Below, piece by piece: positions 48,236 to 63,339 of a stretch of 64,000 nt of DNA. This DNA is from the human T2T-CHM13v2.0 reference genome, Homo sapiens: assembly GCF_009914755.1 (NCBI RefSeq), contig NC_060932.1; one strand, 5' to 3'. Position 1 is the first letter of the stretch. Each line of letters opens with the position of its first letter. The notes under the pieces were generated by a model, which had not been told where the DNA came from, searched no databases, and saw nothing but the letters and a program-made list of their open reading frames with translations. The position numbers and the translations under genes were made by a program.

Positions 48236-48298
48236 TCTAATACTTCATAGTTAGACTTCTTTTCTAGTGCATTGCCCCGCATCTCCCAGTATGATCGC
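48236..48298 (-). CDS. PTK2: PTK2/FAK coding exon (63 nt), (R)RSYWEMRGNALEKKSNYEVL(E), FERM F2 lobe including Y180, M183 and Y194
   Basis: ttttag|G CGA TCA TAC TGG GAG ATG...GTA TTA GA|gtaag; phase 2 to 2; continues the frame of the previous exon. Confidence 0.97.
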
Positions 48299-48399
48299 CT
48301 AAAATCAGGGAAGACATACATTTATATGTATATATAAGGAATGTTTGTGTTGTTAAGTGATAAAAACTGGGGGAGAGGCATCTGAATAATAAACAAAAA

Positions 48400-48440
48400 T
48401 TAACAGCAACAAATGCAATTACTTTTGCACCAAACCAATA
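48400..48440. mobile_element. Half of a MADE1 (Hsmar1 MITE) in the 276-bp intron
   Basis: gcaattacttttgcaccaaaccaata matches the MADE1/Hsmar1 terminal inverted repeat. Confidence 0.75.
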
Positions 48441-48574
48441 GTTCATAATTTACTCAAATTTTATTCAGTATTTCACTGATAATCCTTATGAAGAAAAGGA
48501 AAATACCTGGAAAATATTCAAAAATAATTAAAAAATTGATAAATAAAGGCCGCAATGTATAGTTATCATCTTAC

Positions 48575-48654
48575 CGTATTTCTAGACAACCCAACTTCAA
48601 AGCAATTTCCTGGTCCACTTGATCAGCTATCTCTAACATATAATCGCTCTTCAC
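48575..48654 (-). CDS. PTK2: PTK2/FAK coding exon (80 nt), V151-R177: VKSDYMLEIADQVDQEIALKLGCLEIR, FERM domain
   Basis: Minus strand reads ttgtag|GTG AAG AGC GAT TAT ATG...GAA ATA CG|gtaag; translation matches human FAK; phase 0 to 2. Confidence 0.97.
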
Positions 48655-48720
48655 CTACAACAAAAGGAATGGGAAAAACAACACTGTTTTAAAAGAAAAA
48701 TATTAGATATATGCATTCAA

Positions 48721-48936
48721 TAAATGTTTCCTGAGTACCTTTCATATAGTTTACATTATGTCGGTAATTACGCTTGATGTTAAAGATATAAATAAATGTT
48801 TCCTGAGTACCTTTCATATAGTTTACATTGTGTCGGTAATTATGCTTGATGTTAAAGATATAAATAAATGTTTCTTCAGTACCTTTCATATAGTTTACAT
48901 TGTGTCGGTAATTATGCCTGATGTTAAAGATATAAA
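48721..48936. repeat. Tandem repeat 3 x 72 bp
   Basis: taaatgtttc...agtacctttcatatagtttacatt(a/g)tgtcggtaatta(c/t)gc(t/c)tgatgttaaagatataaa starts at 48721, 48793 and 48865. Confidence 0.97.
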
Positions 48937-49059
48937 CGTGAGTTATACCAAAAAATAATTAAAGAAATAAAATGGTCTCCTATTAAGAAAAGCTCATATA
49001 TGACCACTTAAATGGGACATTAAGAAACAACGAATAGGGTCTGAATCATAATAACCTTC

Positions 49060-49760
49060 AGATGCTCCACACCTTTCCCATGCTGTCAAAAGTAAAAACA
49101 AGAAGGGAAATTTCCATTTCTACAAAAATTTGCAGATGTATTTTCTGACCTCAAACTACAGTTCCAGCAGCATATTTTGGACTCCAGTGAAAAGGCAACG
49201 GATTTACGTACTTCAAAATCCATTTAACTGTGCAGCTCAGATGTTTTCATCTAACCATCAATTTTAAGTGATTAATCTGCAAAGTAATACAAGCTTAAAG
49301 TCTAAAGTAAAGAGAAGAATCTAATGGAATTCTTGAAATGCCTTCTAAACAATGAATCAACTCAATTTTAAAAGCCGATAAGAGTGATATCAATACGTGC
49401 AAGTAACTGTCACTGTGAACACATTTTCAAAGACGAAATGTGTACAATTTCCTTGTAGATTAGCCTGAAAAGATTAAAATCTGCAATTGATTTTGATGAG
49501 AGTACCCATTTTGAACTTCACATGAAATGTTATCCACCCCTCCTCCAAGACGCATCCCATTCTCTTCAGCAGTACACCTGTGTTACAAGAAAACCATGCT
49601 CAATTATTATATTATGAATTTTATCAACACAAAAATTTGTGGAAATTTGTCTTCTTTCTTGTTCTGTACTTTCATAATACCCTGCATTTTGCCTCGTTCC
49701 TGAAAGTCTAAACTATTTACTCTGACCCTTTATATAAAAAGTGTCTTGACTTCTACCCTA
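49060..49760 (+). mobile_element. Charlie1-like hAT DNA transposon 3' part
   Basis: aaaaatttgtggaaatttgt...aagtctaaactatttactctgaccctttatataaaaagt terminus. Confidence 0.6.
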
Positions 49761-52124
49761 AAAAAATTTTCAAACATCCTGTTCTTCAATGACTGCCTCC
49801 TAGCCTGCTAGCCCATTTGTTCAAAGAGTCCCACCCCCAGTTAACTCATCTCTCACTCCACACCAATCTTTGTCTACTTCATACTGGATGGTTCCTCATT
49901 ATGACCGTCCCTTGCAAAGACAACCAGCTCCCCTGTCTCCCATTATCCCTCTGTCTGAATTGCTTGGTAAACCCAAGCCACGTTGAACCTACCCACTCAT
50001 CCTCTTCATGTTTAGATGAGCAGCTGGAGAAATCATAGTATAAACTCCACTTTCAACTCATGAAGACAAATCTCAAATGGCCAGTTAAAACTATCTGGAA
50101 ATTGAACAATGCATGCCTAGGAAGCGCTACAATTCACTGATTTCATACTTCCTCCAGTAAGCCTGCCATATCTCTTTGTTACAGAGAAGATAAAAGACAT
50201 CAGATGAGCATACTCTCTTTAACCTACCAGGAATTTATAACCTAATATGCACTAAAAAAGTATGAACATTTACTCATTATTTTCTCTTAAAGTAGGAGAA
50301 ACATTCCCTCAACCAGCAGTGGACAACTATGTGCTATTACTGATCTAAGGACTATTCGTCTCAAAACCTTTCTTTATTTTCTGCATTAGCATCTAAGGCT
50401 GGGTGCTCAATAAATATTTATTGAATGAATGCATAAACAAATGAATGAACAAACAGTCATCAAACTGGAGGGTGGGTACATAAATGTTATTTTCCATATA
50501 TATTTTCCCTCCTTTACAAGGAACAAGAGTTTCTACTCCTTCCACAAAGCAGGCACTCAAGACTGACCAACCGGAACTGAATTAATTCATTCAGTTAAGT
50601 AAAAAGCTTTAGGTCTAGAACTATTCGTTTAACTTCTACAAATAGTAGAAGCTCTTGTTTCTACAAAACAAAAAATAAGTCTCAATTTAAAACCTGTTTT
50701 GCATCATAAGTAGGTTTATTATCGAGCACAAAAATAAAGGCGCAAGAATTAAACCAAGATAGGTATTTAGATAGGCAGAAAAATACCACCGTTACTCTGA
50801 TGGAAACATTCAGTGGCTTTTAGTTGTCTGATGCAGATTTCAGAGGAACTACTGCAGACCACCAATTACATGATGAGGAAAATGCACCATTACCAAATTC
50901 AATTAATCTTGAAGATTAATTGCCACAATTTTTAAACACTATTCACAGGTAGAAAAAATAATCAAATGCTATATTTCATCATCAAAACCAAATTCGCATT
51001 GTAAAAATGAAAAAGGGGGAAATTATAATAATCTTCATTTAAAAAATCTCATTTATGAGAATGAGTTCAAAGTTCTGAGAGTTGTTTTTCCTATAGCTTT
51101 AATCTCGATTATCAGAGCTGCATGATCACACACTGAAATCTATTTGTGGCCCGATGTGATCAAAGTATTCTGCAAAGAGTATAGATCTGAGATAGAATAA
51201 GGCATCACCACAGACCCGTGTCCTCCCCTCAAGCCCCAAAGCAGCTTCCCCTCTGCTGCCAGAGAGAAAGCAAACTCTATTCAGTGTCTCAATGCTCCCT
51301 GTCATCTAGGCTCTAGAGAGTGTTCTCTCAAGCCACTGGGCACGGCCACATCCTGAGGCTGGGCTTCAAGACTCAGAATTATGTACACACTTTGTTCATA
51401 TCCCTTATAAAACACTTCTTGACCACCTGTCTTCCACTAACTCCCAGCAGAATTGCTATCATTTGTGAAACCAAACTGATCAAGCATTTAGGTTTCTATA
51501 AAGTATATATACCTAGCACCATGTCAAGCAGATTTACATGTAATATCTCATTTAATCATCAGAACATCACTGTGAGGTGGGTACTATTATCATCCCCATT
51601 TTATAGCCTCAGAAAAAGCCTAAAAGATTGATCAAAATGATAGCAGTAGATAATAATCCTACTTAAGGAGTATCCACCAGGGACCAGTTACTATGCTAAG
51701 CATTTTACATATATTTCTGATCTTTACAATAATTCTTCAAGGTAGAGTTTATTAGTCCTATTATATATAAAGATCAGAAAACTTAACTTCGTGTTGAACA
51801 CGTATTAAAGTCAGGATTCAAAATCCAGATGTATCAACCCCGAAAACTCCAGCTTTAGTTTGTACCTACTACTTGTCAACTCTTTCACAGTGCAGTCATT
51901 CTCTACTAGAATGAAGATTAACAAATAGGAACCACCTCTCATTTACCCTTGCATCCCCAGTATCAACCACAATAGATTCATATGCATCTCCTGAGGTATT
52001 GGAACACTGGCATTGTGTTGTACTCTCTTTTTCTATTGTGGATTATACCCAGGTCCAGGAAATTTGCAAGATCCTTCCAAAAAAAAAAGACTTCTGAAAG
52101 TTGGTTTTTAAAAATTAATTTGTT

Positions 52125-52416
<292 letters not shown>

Positions 52417-52424
52417 CTACGACG

Positions 52425-52873
<449 letters not shown>

Positions 52874-53522
52874 CTAAATTACTCCATAATGTATTGCATA
52901 TGTCAACTCAATGATTTGGCTACCACATGAGATTTTGTGTTTTATTGTGGTCTCTTTTGAATATTCTAACAGCTACACAAATTTATCAGTTGGACTCAAA
53001 TGACCTTGGTAGCAAAGAAAGAGGATGGGGCAGAGGGCAGACAAAGAAAAAACTGACTAGGTTTACTTACTAGCTGGGTGACCAAAAGCAAGTAATTTTA
53101 CTCTTAGAGCCTAGCTGACTGAGTTTTTGTCAGATACTGTGAAGTATTTTGTATACAGAAGGAACTCAATGGCAGCTCCAAATTAATACTAACTTAATTT
53201 TTCCTCTTTCATACCTAAGCTATAAAAATATACAAATGAACAATTACGCTACCTTAATGAGTTATATACTTTTAAACAGTTCAATGTCATTTAACATAGT
53301 ATTTAACAGTTACACATTCATTGATTTATCAAATGTTTATAAAATGACTATCATGCGCCAGGATATTATAGTGAATAAAACAAACATGGAACTTACACAA
53401 AGGTAATGGTAAATTTTCATTTAAAAATAATTACTTTGGATGTTCTATTGAGGATAGACCATAAAGCTATATGACAACAAATGTTTCCATTATCTCTTTT
53501 TGTTGTCCATTTATAATGGTTA

Positions 53523-53886
<364 letters not shown>

Positions 53887-54814
53887 TTAAAAGAACATTT
53901 GATGTTGAGTGTGTGTGTGCCCGTGTGTGTACTTGGGTGGGAGCACATGCACACATACATGTGTGTGCACACACACAATCTGATTTCTCAAACTTCAAAA
54001 ATTTGCTTTATTTCTTGGATTTTTTTCATGACATCTTCTAATAAATCTCATCTAAAAGTTTTGAATATCAGGGCATTAGGATTAAAAGTCAATTCTCAAT
54101 ATTAAATTCCCGAAGATAATAAACTGAGCACCTAAAACCCATGCCCTACTGTGTGGTGGATACAACGGTGAAGAAGACAGACTTCTTATTTGCTCTCACT
54201 GAATGCACACCCTGTTGGTAGGTACAACAGATTAACGACAGTTAAATATAACGTATAAACAACAGATCAGTGCTTGCTAGAGTTAGGGATGGGACAGCAT
54301 GTGACTAATAAAGCAACAGGGATTTTCTTTGTGTCCATAGGATAGTTCTGTATCTTGATTATGATGATTACATACATTTGCACCTGTGATAAAACTGCAC
54401 AGAATTACACACACACACACACTTGAATGTGTGTAAACATTAGTGAAATCTAAATTAGGTTTGCAGTCTAGTTAACAGTATTCTGCCAGTATCAATTTCC
54501 TTATTCCTATATTGTATTATATCATGACTGAAGTGGTAATTACTGGACTGTATACAATTGTCAAAACTCACTAAACTGCATACTTAAATTATTTTATTGT
54601 ATGTAAATTATACCTCAATAAAACAAATTTTGTATTTTAAAATGTGTATATGTTGTATGGGAAATGTACGGGTACTATGCACAGGTAAATGGAAGGCTTT
54701 ACGTGGAAAGCACCATTTAAATTAAGAGCTGAAGACTGAGCAGAAGTAACCTAATTCCAGGAAAGAAAAGGCAAGTTATACAGGAAAATGTTAACTCAGC
54801 GGCAGGTCTGGGAT

Positions 54815-55170
54815 GCTCAAATCCTGTTCATTCCCACGAAAGGCATATTTTTAGGGCTGGCCCTTAGTCTCTTAGAAACTAAACCCCTGAAATGTTCTGT
54901 CTGATAAGAGTGCTTCTGCATACCTGAAGACGGCCACAATTTGACCACCAACTGGTGAAAAAACTGGCCACCAATTTGAACCAGATAATTTATGCACACA
55001 CTGTTTTGATGGTAAACACCTGTTTTCTCTCTAGGGTCTGGAAAGTGAATAAATGAGGTCAGTCACGTAGGCGTTGTATGCCTATGAGACTGACCTCCAA
55101 CACACACCTTAAACACTCAAGCTCAGGCCAGAGTGTCTGCTTGGCAAACCTTTGCATATGATGTCACACT
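54815..55170 (+). mobile_element. ERVL-type LTR remnant (MER21/MER77-like)
   Basis: atgcctatgagactgacctccaa...ttggcaaacctttgcatatgatgtcacac resembles the MER21C family. Confidence 0.5.
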
Positions 55171-55171
55171 C

Positions 55172-55641
55172 TTTTTTTTTTTTAATACTTTAAGTTTTAG
55201 GGTACATGTGCACAATATGCAGGTTTGTTACATATGTATACATCTGCCATGTTGGTGTGCTGCACCCATTAACTTGTCATTTACATTACGTATATATCCT
55301 AATGCTATCCCTCCCCCCTCCCCCCACCCCACGACAGGCCCCAGTGTGTGATGTTCCCTGCCCTGTGTCCAAGTGTTCTCATTGTTCAATTCCCACCTAC
55401 GAGGGAGAACATGTGGTGTTTGGTTTTCTGTCCTTGTGATAGTTTGCTGAGAATGATGGTTTCCAGCTTCATCCATGTCCCTACAAAGGACATGAACTCA
55501 TCCTTTTTTATGGCTGCATAGTATTCCATGGTGTATATGTGCCACATTTTCTTAATCCAGTCTATCACTGATGGACATTTGGGTTGGTTCCAAGTCTCTG
55601 CTGTTGTGAATAGTGCCACAGTAAACACACGTGTGCATGAG
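55172..55641 (-). mobile_element. 5'-truncated primate L1PA (L1PA4/5-like) 3' end, sense to PTK2
   Basis: tttaatactttaagttttagggtacatgtgcac...; ORF 55386..55628 is the ORF2 C-terminus (WNQPKCPS...WMKLETIILSKLSQ); TSD tgtcacac(t/c)cttt. Confidence 0.93.
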
Positions 55642-56977
55642 TGTCACACCCTTTATTAACCATGAGTGCTTCTCCTTCAATTATCAAAAATATACAAGAG
55701 TGAAAAAGGGAGAAGAAATGTACACAATTAAATCTTCAAACCACAGAAAATAAACCTTCTAATAAGAGAGTTAGACTACATTACATTTTAGCTTCTGTCT
55801 GGAAAAGGGCAGCTGATAATTCCTATACTGAGAATGCCAGGCTTAAACTAAGTTTTACCTCTTAGACCTGCAATTTCAAAATGTATCTTAACGACAGCTT
55901 TAAGGCCAAGAAAATATAGAGAAGGAAGTCAATTTCTAATGACACAATTATCTGAAAACTTGTAAAACTACAAAAGAAAACTGGAATAAAAATAAAAGGA
56001 AGGTGACCAATAAGAAATAAGTATGCCCTGGCACCTCACATGTTCCTATAGTTAAGTTTAGATTCTATACCATAGAGTTAAGTTACAGTTTTAGACTCAG
56101 TATTTTCTTCAACTTCCTATTGCAACTCCTTTTGTCAAGGAAACCACTGATTATTTAATGTCATTTAAAAGTTAATGGGTGGACATACTCATTCTAAGTC
56201 TTAAAACATCTGTAGGAGTAAACAATGACAAACTCGTATCAGGCTCAGGCATCTGAAGAGCTGAACATTTCAACAGTGCTAAAAGATTTCTATACAAGTT
56301 CAGCATCCTCAATGCAGATTAATATGACTTCTTGACTAAACATGGACACTGGCCTTCAAACTAACAGCCACCATCATTTGCAAAAAGTTGCCAATGAAAT
56401 ACTTATAACTTTAACAAATGAAAGTTGTGAGAGAAAAAATAAACGTTACACGGTAAAGAAAAAAATTTGATTCCGGGGTAAAACAAACTGTTCCTGCTTC
56501 CTCATGAGTCATTAGCTTTATTGTCAAACTCATTTTTATAAATTCCTGCTCTATATACTGTTATAACAGTGAATACTGTTATAACAAGATTCTAATTTAT
56601 TTTTAGAATGTGCTAATTAATATATTTCAGAATATTCACAAATAGGTCAAAATATTTAGTAAGTCATTGAAATTTTCACATTGGTAGTTACATTTAGGCC
56701 ATCTTTTAATGAAGCTATGTGCATCCTTAATAATTATGTCTAACTAGTAATATAACGCTCAAACACTCATCAGTGTTTTCCTCATGACCCCACCCAAAAT
56801 GGACTTGGATGAATTTTCAGAATGAGAAATAATAAAATTAGGGGAGTTTATTGTAATCTATTTCCCTCCCTCTCTTCTTTTCATGGGATGGGGTGGTGGT
56901 AGAAATAATTTAAACATAATTATTTTATTTCTGCACTGGCTAAACCAAATATATATATGTATGTATAAAATATATGT

Positions 56978-57128
56978 ATTTTTAGAAACTGGGTCTTGCT
57001 CTGTCACCCAGGCTGGAGTACAGTGGCACAACCATTTCTCACTGCAGCCCAAACTCAAGCACAAGTGGTCCTTCAGCCTCAGCTTCCCAAAGGGCTGAGA
57101 TTCCAGGCATGAGCCACTGCATCTGGCC
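56978..57128 (-). mobile_element. Alu monomer (FLAM/FRAM/FAM-like)
   Basis: Single-arm reverse Alu ending atctggcc. Confidence 0.85.
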
Positions 57129-57288
57129 CCATTAAAAATACTGATTCATTTACATAGAAATTAAAAGAGAACACTAAGGAGTGTGTTCACTATGTGCCAG
57201 ACATTTCTAAGAGCTTTGATATGCTGTTTCACTGAAGACTCACAACAATCCCCTCTGCCCATTTTCTAGACTTAAAAAAAAAGGGGGG

Positions 57289-59030
<1,742 letters not shown>

Positions 59031-62000
59031 TGAGGCACAGAGAAATAATTTCCCCACAGTTAAAGTTAAGCCATTGATCAGAGTGATCACACTCAGCCAT
59101 GAAGCTTGTTGACGCCAGTTTAAGTCTCCACATAGTGGCCTTTACCTTCTTATATACTATTAGCAGAACAGTGAGAATGACATTTTTTGCAACCTGGATC
59201 TGAACTCTGTCATCCCTTTGCACTTAACTTTCTCTGGCTTCTCAGTGTCTTCACAATCAAGGTCAGATGACTGAAAAGGGCATCTCAAGCCATCCCTTAC
59301 TGTCTCATCTCTCACCCTGCCCTCCAGTCACACTGGCTTTTTATCAGCTCCTCGAATCTCCAAGCTCCCTTCTACAAGGGGCCTTTGTATCAAATCCAAG
59401 TGTGGAAAGGCAATTAAGCATCATAACAATTCAATGACTTAGGATTCCAACAGTATTGCTAAAGGGACCTGCTATATAAACCAGGACCAGATTCTGGATG
59501 CATTATAACAATTATTCTTACATTACTGGGGTCACAAGAAGGTAAAGGAAAATGGGGCAGAGGGACGAAATAAGAACAAATACAAGCTAAGATCCTAGTA
59601 GAAGCCATGGGCTGTAAGATACAGGAACAGAGGACATGTATGCTCTCAGCTGGCTGAGGACTGACCACTTCTCCTTACTTCCGCCAAGTGAGAGAGCTTA
59701 TCTTGAGATTCATGTAGTAAGGCGGTGTCTTCAAAATCTACTCAAAGGGTCTCCATTTGGTAGTAACTTGTTTCCAAGCAAACAAATACAAACCTTTAGA
59801 GGAAAGAATCCCCAAACTAGGTAGGCCCTCAAGATTTCCACATGTGAAGTTCAACAAAACAAGAGTTCAGAACTCACACACAAGGAAAAAAGTCACTGTG
59901 AAAGCCACCAACAACAAACGTGAAGAGCCCAAGGACTTCAGATGCTATAATTCACATTCAGAATAGAGACATTCATTACATATGAAATGGTAAAAGAAAT
60001 ATTAATAAAAGGCAGATAGATTAGCAAATAATAAGGGCCATACAAAGTGGCCTGGCAATTTAAAAAACTTTTTTTAAATCATAAGCAAAAAAATCAACAA
60101 ATGCACCAAACATAAAACTGGTCACGGTTGAGGAGAGCTGGTAATCTGCCAGACTAGACTGACCTGAATTATGTATCCTTTAGAAAGACAAGAAATTAAA
60201 AACATGAAAAACAAGCTAACACATATGGAGAGACTGAGGAGTTCTAACATAGATCTAACCCAAAATCCCAGAAGAAATAACAAAAAACTAAGAAAAGGTC
60301 ATATCAGAATAGACAACAACTAAGAGATTTCCAGAAATGATGAAAACGACATGACCCCCTAGAGGTACATGTAGCATGACACAGATCAAGCAAGGGCAGA
60401 AAAAAAAAAAGAAAGAAAGAAAGAAAAAAAGAAAATCCACGACTCGTTTGTAATGAAGCTGTAAAAACCAAAGAGAAAAAAGGATCTTCAAGCCATCCAG
60501 ACAGAAAAGACAGGTCACCTACACAGAAAGAAAAAATGAGAGCTGAGTTCTCAACAGCAAATAAACAATTAAAGACAGTAGGAAATAACCATCAAAATAC
60601 TGACAGAAAATGCCTACCCTGATTTGTGTACCCAGCAATACTATTTTTCAAGCAGGAGAAAAAAAGAACATTAGAAAAATGGATCTAAATAACACAATTA
60701 AAAATCTTGAAATAATGGCTATTTATTGAGCCTGTGCCAAACAATTACAGAAGACACATTCCACTCAAGCAAAACTGGAACCTTAACAATATCTAAATAT
60801 GTGCAAGGTGATGAAACAAGTCCATACGGAACTTAAACAATTAGTATCAAATGAGCCACAGTCTCTTGACTACAATGCAAAATTATTTTCAAAATGAGCC
60901 AAAAGAGATAAATTATTAAATCCACGGATGATCACTTTTCCATTTATACCAACAAGGTATACTGAATGTCCTGACCAACCACCTAGCTGAAAGCAACTAA
61001 AACCGCTGAACAAATTATTTTTTTAAAATCTTCTTGAATGCTTACGTGAGCTGGGAAACAAAACAAAACAGAAAATACTCAAGCTAATGACAGGAATAGA
61101 GAAGTCTATGGGAGAACTTAAGGTCAGCTTTTACCTTAAGGGTAGAACTGAAGAATAAAAACATGTTGTAAAGCATGACAACTGGCAAACAAAAGCAAGC
61201 ATGGGAATGATAAATACAAAATTCAGGATAATGGTACACTGAGTGGAGTGAAAGGGCAGTGTGTACAGTGAGGTGGGCCACAGGAACATGGGACAGGGAA
61301 GTATCAGGATGTTCTTTTCATCTGAGCAGTAGGGTCATGGGTATTCATTTTATCATCAATTATCACACCTTATAAAAGAATAAATATATATCAGATATTA
61401 TAGAATCTACAGAATTAAAAATTATCAATGTCATCAAATTCTGAGCCCCATAAAAATCACTGATTTAGCCTAGAATTCAGTGGAAGTATGTTATGTATAT
61501 ATGTATCCATCTTAAATGTTTGCATCAAATATTAAAGACTTTAAAGGTTAGAGAATGCGTATCATCAAATTCTGAGGCCATTATAAAGTGACTAATTTAT
61601 CTCACACTTCAGTGAAGGTTCTCACACACAATACTTACGTAACGTTTCAGCTGCATTCTCAGATAAATATACGCTGGCTATAGAAAGCTGATGAGGACAA
61701 TTACTGATTTATCTGTGCCCCCCCTCCCGCCCACCCCCGACATGTGTGTTTAAATAGCAGAAACCTCTGTATTCCAAACTGATTTTGCAACTTTGGAATT
61801 AAACCCTTTCCCAAGTTGGGTGCTGCCTGTGCAGGACAATATATGGATCACTTATAACAGTTCTGGAATTGCGAAGCATGTAGCAGGGCAGATTCTGCAT
61901 TGAGACTTTACCAGGAGAAGTCAAATATATAATTACTTACCAAACCAGCAATAAAAACTCATAGTATATTCAAAACTTTCTTGCCAGATCAGGCTAAAAT

Positions 62001-62451
62001 TTAAAAATATGCATTTTTTTCCCACATAAACGAAAATTATACAGGTTTTATACATGGCCTGTTTTAAACAACAGCATTTAATGCTGTTAATACCTTCCAC
62101 ATCCATGAACAGTTGTACCTCCCTGTTAATGAGGGATACATAAATTTGAAACTCAGTACAACTAACCTGTTGAAAGACATCTGCAACGCCTCTAATTTCT
62201 TTCTTGTTACTGTAATATGCTTATAAGCACCCTTGTACATGTATGCATACATGTGTAAATCTTATTTCTTTTGAATAAATTCATAAAAGTAGAATTATTA
62301 GGTCCAATCATAGGGAACTGCCAACGTTTCAACTGTTTTTTACTTACGGTAAAGATGGCAGTCAACAGGGTCACCCAACAAACTGGAGGACGTGAACATA
62401 CTCAAGGCTTTTGGTATACTGGCCAATTCATGCATTTTGACAAATCATAGT

Positions 62452-62745
62452 ATTTTGTTTTTGTTGAGACAGGGCCTTGCTCTGTCGCCCAGGCTGGAGT
62501 GCAGTGGCATGATCTTGGCTCACTGCAACCTTTGCCTCCTGGATTCAAGCTATTCTCCTGCCCCAGCTCCTCAGTAGCTGGGATACAGGTGTGTACCACC
62601 ATGCTCTGCTAATCTTTTTATTTTTAGTAGAGACGGAGTTTTGCCATGTTGGCCAAGGCTGGTCTCGAACTCCTGACCTCAGGTGATCCACCCGCCTCGG
62701 CCTCCCAAAGTGCTGGGATCACAGGCGTTAGCCACCGCACCCAGA
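62452..62745 (-). mobile_element. Alu (S-type)
   Basis: Reverse Alu; TSD aatcatagtatttt. Confidence 0.95.
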
Positions 62746-63027
62746 CAATCATAGTATTTTCTTTCTTCCTCCCTTCCCTTTTTATGACTTTGGTACCACC
62801 TTTAACTTCCTCCAATTACCATTACTTGAGCCTGAAATACTAGCACGGAAAAACAACGACATTGCCAATCACCAATGGGAAAGGAATGTGACCATGACTA
62901 TACTTTCTTTTAAAATGTATGTACTTGATAAACTATTACAAAAGGATACACAAAATGAAAGTGATTATTAGAATAGAGATAATTTAAGTAATGTTTTAGA
63001 ATTATTTTTTGAACTTTCTAAAAGTGT

Positions 63028-63339
63028 GCCATGCCAAGCATGGTGGCTCATGCCTATACTCCCAGCACTTTGGGAGGCCAGGGCGGAAGGACTGCTTCAG
63101 GACAGGAATTTGAGACCAGCTTGGGTGGGTAACATAGCAAGACCCCCATCTCTACAAAAGACTTTTTAAAAATTAGCGAGGCATCATGGCACGCACCTGT
63201 AGTCCCAACTACTCAGGAGGCTGAGGCAGGGCGATTGCTTGAGCCCAGAAGTTCAAGGCTGCAGTGAGGTATAATCATGCCACTACACTCCAGACTGGGC
63301 AACAGAGCAAGACCCTGTCTCTATAAAAATAAAATAAAA
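63028..63339 (+). mobile_element. Alu (J-type)
   Basis: gattgcttgagcccagaagttcaaggctgcagtgag. Confidence 0.95.

Noticed and set aside
48689-48958. Repetitive ORFs on both strands
   Set aside because: Artefact of the 72-bp (24-codon) tandem repeat.
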